The notes under the pieces: model-generated
What the model was told of the DNA's origin: nothing
The model's database searches: none
What the model saw: the letters and a program-made list of their open reading frames with translations, nothing else
Part shown: positions 54,462-64,000 of the stretch, in pieces
Position numbering within the stretch: position 1 is the stretch's first letter
Layout of the letters: each line of letters opens with the position of its first letter
Program-made: the position numbers and the translations under genes
DNA from: Octopus sinensis
Taxonomy: Eukaryota
NCBI RefSeq assembly: GCF_006345805.1
Contig: NC_042997.1
Span: 17,546,001-17,610,000 of the forward strand
Reading direction: 5' to 3'
DNA length: 64,000 nucleotides

Positions 54462-55828
54462 ACATGATGGCCATCAACTCGTGACCGAGGAAGACCACTG
54501 CCGACCTTCAGGAACATTGTGCGCTCTAGGACTAACTTATATTTTGCATTTGCAGCTCCGTTGGTGGCTAATGAGCCCTGCTCTTGACAAGCATACACGA
54601 CTGCAAACATTGCAGACCAAGCTTTCCCCATTCACTATATGAGCCGTGCACTTTCGTGCAGCTTGCTTAAGTTCTTCATGCTGGATACGTGCTCTCTCAA
54701 AAGTGTCGATCCCCTCCTTAACCTGCTTCTTCCATCTGTGGCGATGACAGGCATTGTTCTCCCAGTCAGTGTCCTGCATATCAAAGGTTTTTAACGAGGA
54801 CTTGACACAGTCCTTAAATCGCAGCCTAGGTTTCTGCCGGAGTCTCCTTCCATTCACAAGTTCTCCATAGAGCATCTGCTTAGGAATCCTTGTATCCTCC
54901 ATTCTAATAAGGTGTCCAGTCCAACGCAACTGGTGCTTGTGTACCATCACCTCAATACTCAAGATATCAGCTGTCCTCAGGATCTATGTGTCTGGAATTT
55001 CTGAGGTCCAGCCAACATTGAGAATGTGTCTGAGACATCTCTGATGAAAACGTTCAAGGACCCTTACCTGACGTTTGTACAGAGTCCATGTCTCACATGA
55101 GTAGAGAAGCGATGTCAGTACACAAGCACGGTACACAGCAACTTTTGTTCTCCTTGCGATGCCATGTTGGGACCAGACACGAGACTGAAGAGACCGGAAG
55201 GAATTAGTTGCTCTCTGCAGCCTGAAAGATATTTCCTCATCCAGGGAGCAAGAACGGCTGAGTGTGCTGCCCAGGTAGACAAACTTCAGAATTGTTCCTT
55301 CAACCAAGATAGCTGGTTCTATATATGGATTTCCTGGTGCAGGCTGGAACATTACAACAGTCTTGTCCAGGCTAATGCTGAGTCCAAATGCCCTGCAAGA
55401 AGCAGAAATGCAATTCATGAGTATTTGCATGTCATCCACTGTATGAGTGACTAAGTCACAGTCATCTGCATAAAGGAGGTCACGAATAATAGACTGGGAC
55501 ACCTTTGAATTGGCAGCAAATCGGCGAAGATTAAAGAGGTAGCCAGAAGATTGATATCTGACATATATTCCCAGAGATTTAACCTTAGCAAAAGCATGAG
55601 TAAAAACAGCAGCAAAGTACAAAGAAAAGAGAGTTGGGGCAAGGATGTCACCCTGCTTGACACCATTCTCTACAGGAATGGGTCCTGCCATGGCACCACC
55701 AACATTGACCCAAGCCTCCATCCCATCATGAAATGATTTAATTATAGATACAAAGTGATCCGGACATCCAAGTTTGCCAAGTATTTTCCATAGAAAGGCC
55801 CTATTTACAGTATCAAAGGCCTTAGTCT
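54462..55828 (-). mobile_element. 5'-truncated BovB-like RTE LINE, nearly intact RT
   Basis: [52 protein letters not shown]-terminal CNVCSRVCLSRAGLISHQRSC; one stop near 54985. Confidence 0.95.
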
Positions 55829-55872
55829 TACATATATACATGCATATATACATACACACATACATACATACA

Positions 55873-55904
<32 letters not shown>

Positions 55905-56052
55905 CATACATATATACATATATATATACATATATATACATATATATATACATATATATATATACATATATATATACATATATATATATACATACATACA
56001 TATATACATACATATATACATATATATATATATACATACATATATACATACA

Positions 56053-56611
56053 TTCTTTCTTCTCCCCTCTTTAATTCCTTCTTTCTCTCTCTTCTCCCTC
56101 CTTTGTTGCCTTCGTCCCTCTTTTTCTCTCTCTCTTTGTTTCCTTTGCGCCCTTTCTTTTCTCTCTCTTCTCTCATGTGACTGCTGGTCAAAGCAGCCTT
56201 TTGGCCTCCGACCACTGCCGTGAGAAAATCATTGTCTTCGTCTGCCGATAAAGGCCTTTTTTCCAAATACGCCAGCTAAACTAAATTGTACTGTTTATTA
56301 GTCGTAAGACACCTGCTGTTTTTGTCCTGTTTTTACCATTATTGTTTTTTGTATTTTATATTCGTGTGGCATCATCCATTTTTCTGTCCCTGTTTCGTAT
56401 ACATTTGATCCTTCTTCCAAGAAATCTAATGCTCGTAGCTTAGTTTTTCCTTGGGGCTGACCGGATCGGAGCGATCTCAAGATTAATCAGCCGAAATTGC
56501 TAGGATGATCTGGTTTTTGACTGAAGATTGAAGGCTTCGAATGTCCCGTCCGTGTGTTTTTTGTATCGTCTTATCAATGTTTTACGTTCTTGTCCCAGCT
56601 TGTATTTTCTA
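56053..56611. mobile_element. Young CpG-rich repeat inserted in TA microsatellite, class unresolved
   Basis: Non-microsatellite 560-bp segment with many CpGs, flanked on both sides by (TA/TACA)n; no recognisable domain. Confidence 0.45.
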
Positions 56612-56990
56612 CATATAATACATATATATATATATATACACATACATATATATATATATACACACACATACATACATATATATATATACACATACATACA
56701 TATATATATATATATATACACATACATACATATATATATATATACACATACATACATATATATATATATATACACATACATACATATATATATATATACA
56801 CATACATACATATATATATATATATACACATACATATATATATATATATACACACACATACATATATATTATATATACACATACATACATATATATATAT
56901 ATATACACATACATACATATATATATATATATACACATACATACATATATATATATATATATACACATACAAACATATATATATATATAC

Positions 56991-57025
<35 letters not shown>

Positions 57026-57540
57026 CATACATACATATATATATACACATACATACATATATATATATACACATACATACATATATATATATACACATAC
57101 ATACATATATATATATATACACATACATACATATATATATATATACACATACATGCATATATATATACATACATATATATATATATACACATACATATAT
57201 ATACACATACATATATATATATATACACATACATACATATATATATATATACACATACATATATATATATACACATACATACATATATATATATACACAT
57301 ACATACATATATATATATACACATACATATATATATATATATATACACATACATACATATATATATATCTATATACACATACATACATATATATATCTAT
57401 ATACACATACATACATATATATATATCTATCTATATACACATACATACATATATATATATCTATCTATATACACATACACATACATATATATATATCTAT
57501 ATACACATACACATACATATATATATATCTATATACACAT

Positions 57541-57590
<50 letters not shown>

Positions 57591-57605
57591 TACATATATA
57601 TATAC
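56612..57605. repeat. About 1-kb tacacatacatacatatatata minisatellite
   Basis: Unit of roughly 24-30 bp; tctatatac variant appears only after about 57365. Confidence 0.95.
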
Positions 57606-57685
57606 ATACATAACCTTACTTACAGCATCCCTGTACATGGCTTGCACAGCTCTCACATATATATACATACATATGTATATATACA

Positions 57686-58570
57686 TCCTATGCTGTTTTG
57701 CCATCATCTACAAATCTAGTAAGAACGAATGCAATGTGGAAAGGTTGGAACACTGAAACATATTCTTTCCAACTGTTCATTAGCATTGAACAGGTATACA
57801 TGGAGACACAACCTGGTCCTTAAGGTTATATTCAATGCTATAAAGAACCAAATTCATCTCAACAACACCGAGAAAAAAACGTTGAAAGTACCAACTAGAG
57901 ATTTCATTACTTTCGTACGCTAAGGTCAGCGGATCCGTTTCAAGATGTGAGAGATGAAAAGTGGAACGACTATTGGGAGGTGACTGCAGATTCACCGGGT
58001 GCTAAGGACTCTTTCCCATCCCAGTTACGAAAACACTGGGCATTTTAATGTGGTGTGAAGGAAAGAAAGTTGTAAATCTAGTCAAGTTAATGGTTCCTCA
58101 TGAAGATAACATGGACACTGCTCGGGCTTGAAAGATTGACTGTTCTGTAAACCTCCTTGAGGAATGTGAAGACACAAGCTGGAAGGCGGAGCATTTTCCA
58201 ATCGAAGTCGAATGTAGAGGGTTTGTTGGACGCAGTGTGAGATGACTGTTATTGTTAGGCCTAACTCATCATAAGATACATACCACCATGACCGATATCA
58301 AAACTACAAGGGAGAAGGCTAGCCACTGGATTTGGTTAAAAAGGGACAATGAGTGATGACTAGAGAAATATTAAGCTATATTTAATAACTGGTTGATCTA
58401 GCAAGCGGGGCCTCATACCAGTGAGGGGGGGGGGGCGGGGTGCATTGATGCCATCGAGAGGTAGGCCCTGAAATGGTGTGCATTCTCTCCTGATGACCCC
58501 ATACACTTGCTGGTCTCTGGTATGCAGAATTCTTGACTGGTAGCACTTGCATGTGCAAGTTGTTTGGAAT
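57686..58570 (+). mobile_element. HERO-like RLE non-LTR retrotransposon 3' end
   Basis: [58 protein letters not shown]; stops/frameshifts; GC-rich 3'UTR. Confidence 0.85.
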
Positions 58571-58679
58571 ACATATATACATATACATGTATACATATAT
58601 GTATGTATGTATGTATGTATGTGTGTATATATATATATATCTGGGAAGATAGTTTATGGATGTGGCAGATGTTCAGGAG

Positions 58680-59495
58680 CATAAACTATCTTCCCAGATA
58701 GCCTTCTTTTGATATTACTGCACCTCTTATGTGTCCATAGCTTACACTGGATACATCTTATAGAGTTTCTACCTACGCCTTTTCTACAGATTGAGCAGGG
58801 CCAACTACCTATAGGGATTGGTGGTTTGCCTACCTTCCTACTTATTAGGACTTTGGTTTTAGCTAGGTTGACTCTAAGGCCCTTCGATTCTAATCCTTGT
58901 TTCCACACTTGAAACTTCTCCTCTAGTTCTGATAGTGACTCAGCAATTAGAGCAAGGTCGTCAGCATAGAGGAGCTCCCAGGGACATCCTGTCTTAAATT
59001 CCTCTGTTATTGCCTGGAGGACTATTCATCTATCTCTAGTTTCCTCATTGACCACCAGAGAAGGGATTAGGGGACCCTGTCAAATGCTTTCTCCATGTCA
59101 ACAAAAGCCAGGTACAGAAGTTTATCTTTGGCTAGGTATTTCTCCTGCAGCTGTCTTACCAGAAATATAGGAGCAAAGGTGCTTTTCCCTGGCTTGAACC
59201 CAAACTGCATCTCATCTAAACTGATCTCTCCCTAAGTAGTTGGGCTATGACCCTCTTCATGACCTTCATTACCAGATCCAACAACTTGGTACCTCTGTAA
59301 TTATTTCTATCTAAAGCATCACCTTTACCTTTGTAGCAGTTGACTGATATGCTGCTACAACAGTCATTGAGTATGACTCCTTCATGTATCACCTGGTTAA
59401 CTATACGGGTTATATATCTGACACTGCCAGATATCTTGAGCATCTCTGCAGTGATTCCTGATGGGCCAGGAGCTTTCCTTGTCTTCATACTCTTC
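58680..59495 (-). mobile_element. RTE LINE internal RT fragment
   Basis: KAPGPSGITAEMLK, YKGKGDALDRNNYRG, FVDMEKAFD, LLYADDL, WPCSICRKGVGRNSIRC. Confidence 0.92.
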
Positions 59496-59526
59496 TATAT
59501 ATATATATATATACACAAACACATAC

Positions 59527-59805
59527 ATCATCATCATTGTTTAACGTCTGTTTTCCATGCTAGCATGGGTTGGACGGTTCGACTGGGGTCTGGGAAGCCA
59601 GGAGGCTGCACCAGGCTCCAATCTGATCTGGCAGTGTTTCTACAGCTGGATGCCCATCCTAATGCCAACCACTCCGTGAGTGTAGTGGGTGCTTTTTACG
59701 TGCCGCCAGCACAGGGGCCAGAGGAGGCTGGCAAACGACCACAATCAGTTGGTGCTTTTACATGTCACTGACACGGACGCCAGTCAGGCAGTCAGTCAGG
59801 CAATA
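59527..59805 (-). mobile_element. RTE-tail SINE / 3'UTR fragment
   Basis: catcatcatcattgtttaacgtctgttttccatgctagcatggg; reverse complement of the 38710-39030 type. Confidence 0.85.
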
Positions 59806-59844
59806 TACATATACATATATGTATACATACACATATATATATAT

Positions 59845-61128
59845 ACCTGCAAACCACAAATCCCTTCAGGTAGATGGCCCTGGCCAATCTGTAGCAGAGG
59901 TGTAGGTAGAAACTCTATAAGATGTACCCAGTGTAAGCTATGGACACATAAGAGGCGCAGTAATATCAAAGGAAGGCTAAATGGGAAGATAGTTTTTATA
60001 TGTGGCAGATGCTCGGGAGCAATAAACACTGAAAATGCACAGAGAACTGCTTCCGCCACTTTCCGTGGAGAAAAACTAGAAGTAGTTAATAGCTTCCGTT
60101 ACCTAGGTGACCAAGTCAGTAGCAGCGGAGGGTGCACTAAAAGTGTAGCTGCTAGAATAAGAATAGCTTGGGCAAAGTTCAGAGAGCTCTTACCTCTGCT
60201 GGTGACAAAAGGCCTCTCGCTCAGAGTAAAAGATAGACTGTATGATGCTTGTGTACGAACAGCCATGCTACATGGCAGTGAAACATGGGCTGTGACTGCT
60301 GAAGACATGTGTAAGTTCGCAAGGAATGAAGCCAGTATGATCCGATGGATGTGTAATGTCAGTGTGCATACTTGACAAAGTTGGAGAAAAGTTGGACCTA
60401 AGAGGCATCAGATGTGGTGTGCAAGAGAGACGACTGAGCTGGTATGGTCATGTGTTGTGTATGGATGAGGACAGCTGTGTGAAAAAGTGCCACACCCTAG
60501 CGGTTGAGGGAACCTGTGGAAGAGGTAGACCCAAGAAGACCTGGGATGAAGTGATGAAGCACGACCTTCGAACTTTAGGCCTCACCAAGGAAATGGCTAG
60601 TGACCAAGACTTTTGGAAATATGCTGTGCTTGAGAAGACCCAGCAAGCCAAATGAGACCATAACCCATGTGTACCTTTTCCTTCTTTGGACACTAAACTC
60701 TACTTGCGAAGACCTGTTGAGGCAAGTGAAATCAAAATCGAATTCGATACTGGCATCCGTGTTAGCGGGGTGCAAAGAGCACCATACAAGTGTGATCGTT
60801 GACAAAGTGGCTAACCATCTTCCATGCCAGTGGCACATAAAAGCTACTAGCATCGCCTTACTGGCACTTATGCTGGTGGCATGTGTAAAAAGATTCGAGT
60901 GAGGTCATTGCCAGTACCGCCTGACTGGCACCCCCTGCCGGTGGCATGAAAAAAGCACCCACTACACTCTCGGAGTGGTTGGTTTTAGGAAGGGCATCCA
61001 GCTGTAGAAACTCTACCAGATCAAGATGGGAGCCTGGTGCAGCCATCTGGTTTGCCAGCCCTCAGTTAAAATCGTCCAACCCATGCTAGCATGGAAAGCG
61101 GATGTTAAACGACGACGATGATGATGAT
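59845..61128 (+). mobile_element. 5'-truncated RTE LINE (PHD-like insert, RT end, 3'UTR)
   Basis: ORF to 60375 with SFRYLGD and HGSETWAV; then RRLSWYGHV and GRGRPKKTW; tail gatgttaaacgacgacgatgatg. Confidence 0.94.
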
Positions 61129-62119
61129 ACTATATTTAGGGAGTTTGAATAGCTGAGAGAAGAACTGTGCGATGGAGAAAAGTAAAGAAAAAGAGAAAGA
61201 GAGAGCGTGTGTGTATGTATATATAGAGAGGAAATAGAGAGAGAGTAAAAGAGAAAACAGTAGAAGAGAGATTAAGGGTCTGAGAGAAGAATTATGGGAT
61301 GATGGAGTGAAGTAAAGAGATAGAGAGAGAGAAAGGGAAGAGGGAGTGAGAGTGTCTACATATTTAGAGAGAAGCAATAGAGAAAGGGGAAATGACGGTG
61401 TGATGGAGAAGAGAGAGAGAGAGAGAGAGAAAGAAAGGGAAGTTATGCAAACTCTTGTAAAGGATTCGACTTGAATAGGGAAAAATAAATAAAGGAACAA
61501 ATACATATATACCTATCTGTTACTTCGGAAATTCTCTTAAATCGGGAGTAATGAAAGTTAAACTTCTCTACAATAATCAATAATCTTGTAAGTCAAAAGC
61601 AAAACATAGAGAAAAGACCTTACGCACATTTAACCTTCTACTTACCCCTAATAATAGCCTTCAATAAATGACAGAAAATACACAGAGATACTTATCTAGT
61701 TTTTCCGAGGAGATGGGTATTTCCAAGGCAGTGGAAGATTTTGAACTTCTTTTCAAGTTATGGTGATACAATGTGCTGCTCAATACGATACGTTGCTTAT
61801 GTTTTGTATATTCGTAAGGGCTTTTCCTTTTACTGTTTTTCCCTTCTATATATTCCAGATGGTTTTTCTTTAATGTCTTATGTTTTCGCTTAAAGGTTAT
61901 TCATATAGTGATTTACATATATGTATATATATATATATATATACGCACATACATATATATAAATATATACATACATACATATAAATATATATACACATAC
62001 ATATAAATATATACATATATATATACATATATATATACATATACATACATATATACATACATACATATATACATACATATATATATACATACATATATAC
62101 ATACATACATACATACAAA

Positions 62120-64000
62120 AATTCCCTGTCTTTCTATATCTAGTCAGTTTAGCATGACTGGTGGATGTCCACTCTGCTCTCAAAAAACAAAGAGACTTTT
62201 ATTTACAAAATCTAGATGGAACTTGAACATTTCATGTTGGAATGTGCACACTCTGTTGGATAACAAGAGTGATTGTAGGCCTGAAAGATGCACTGCACTT
62301 GTTACTTGCAAGCTGAACCCTTATAACAGATATAGCTGCACTTTCAGAGACTCGTATAGAAGGTGATGGTCAGCTTGAGGAAGCAGGAGATGGATTACTC
62401 CTTTTTGTGGAAGGGTAGGCAGAAGCGGGGAGCACAGAGAGGCTGGTGTTGGCTTTGCAGTTCGATCTGATATCCTTAAGAAGTAAGAGGAGCTTCCTGT
62501 TCCTATAAATGAACATCTAATGACCTGAAAGCTGGGTGGTTTGCTACTCTAATAAGTGCCTATGTACCTACTTTGACTAGCTGTGCTGAAGATAAAATTA
62601 TTTTTTATACCCAGCTGAGAGCCATACTTAGGAAAATCCCCAATTCTGATAAAGTCATTCTACTGGGGGATTTCAATGCCGAGGTTGGAACAGACTGGCA
62701 AACATGGAACTCTCTAGAATGTTATGGAGTAGGGAAAATGAATAGCAATGGTCTCATGCTGCTGGAGCTCTGTGATGAACATGAACTTTACATTACAAGC
62801 ACTCATTTTATGCACAAAGGTGATCACACAACAACATGGATGCATCCAAGATCTAATGTTTGGCACTTGCTGGATTATGTCATCATCCGCAAGCATGACA
62901 TCTATGACATTTGGATCGGAATGCTACACAGACCACAGTCTGGTGCGAGCAAAGTTCAGGATGATGATTAGAGTGAAAGAGAGAGAAGGGTCTGTCAGTA
63001 TTCCTAGCATCTGAATGTCCACAAGATATATGATGCTTTATTAAGGAAAGAACTTCTGACTTGCTTGTCCAGCATTGAAAATACTGCAGCATGGGAAGAT
63101 TTTTGAGACCAGGTTCTTCAATGTGATGCTGAAGCACTGGGATATGCTACTGCCAGACACAGAGACTGGTTTGATGAAAATGATACTGATGTTCAGTGAC
63201 TATTGGTTGTAAAGCACCATGCCCACAATGTATTGCTACACAGAGGACTTTCCACTGTGCAGCAAAATCTAGCACTTGCCAACTATAGCAGTGTAAAATC
63301 ACTACTGCAACGATCTCTCAGGAAGATGCAGAACACTTGGTGGGAGGATCTCGCTCATGATGATCAGGCTGCTGCTGATGAAATGACAGCAAGCTTTACT
63401 ATCTTATGAAGCATGTTTATGGGCCTAAGAGCTCCACATCAGCTCCTTTGCTTTCCAAGGAGTCTTCCACTCTGTTTGCTAAATCAACAGAAAACACAGG
63501 TCACTGGATTGAACATTTCTCTGAACTCCTAAACCATGTGTAAGTTGTGGATGAAACAGTGATTGATATTACGCAACAAAGACCTATCATTGGCTCCTTA
63601 AACTCCACACCTCAATAGATTTATTGACATCAATATGTAAATTGAATCTTGGTAGGGAACCTGGAAAGAATGGAATTTGTGCTGAGGTCTTGCAATTTGG
63701 TGGTGATTGCATCATACAGTTCCTTCATGAACTTATTAGTGCAGTCTGGAGGGATGGTGCAATGCATAAGGAATGGAAGGATGCAATTATTCTTCCTCTA
63801 TATAAAGGTAAAGGAGCCAGAACAACATGTGGTAACTACAGAGGTATTGCTCTGCTATCAGCTGCTGGCAAGGTTCTGGCAAATATTCTTCTTACCCGTC
63901 TGAATGGGTGTCTCGTAAATGATGTCCTATCTGAATCTCAATGTGGCTTCTGATCTGGTAGAGGGACAATAGATATGATTTTCACAGCAAAACAGATGCA
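62120..64000 (+). mobile_element. BovB-like RTE LINE 5' part (AP endonuclease plus RT start), decayed, runs off the window
   Basis: CWNVHTL, ALSETR, LLGDFNA, TWMHPRS..WHLLDY, TDHSLV; PGKNGICAE, YKGKG..CGNYRGIALLS, ESQCGF, DMIFTAKQMQ. Confidence 0.94.

Noticed and set aside
56480-56560. CTGAAGA...GAAT...GTC hammerhead-like string
   Set aside because: GAAA core altered; helices I and III do not pair.
54462-64000. The two BovB-like pieces as one element split by an inversion (they are complementary in coverage)
   Set aside because: The minus copy is nearly intact whereas the plus copy has many lesions, implying different ages; sequence beyond 64000 would be needed to test it.

Overview
Very AT-rich, CpG-depleted eukaryotic DNA. 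The SINE and RTE repeat content looks like octopus (coleoid cephalopod), which is an inference from recalled repeat families and not a database match. Most of the window is (TA)/(TACA) microsatellite plus decayed transposons: Tc1, mariner and pogo-like DNA transposons; hAT-, piggyBac- and fold-back-type MITEs; a full-length decayed Ty3/Gypsy provirus; several RTE LINEs (one family with a PHD-like finger inside the RT, one BovB-like); R4/Dong-like and HERO-like RLE LINE 3' ends; and many tRNA-derived SINEs. Nearly all long ORFs in the track are microsatellite translations. The only host-gene evidence is a tentative set of three phase-compatible minus-strand exons (14915 to 11485) encoding a C-terminus I cannot identify. 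The most interesting structure is a perfect tandem duplication (33805-34358, 311-bp period) in which each unit carries a minus-strand minimal type-I hammerhead ribozyme motif, a Penelope-pLTR/retrozyme-like layout. The second is a complex R4-like insertion whose 5' end is a 7x in-frame 48-bp amplification of half its zinc knuckle, joined to duplicated and inverted flanking DNA.
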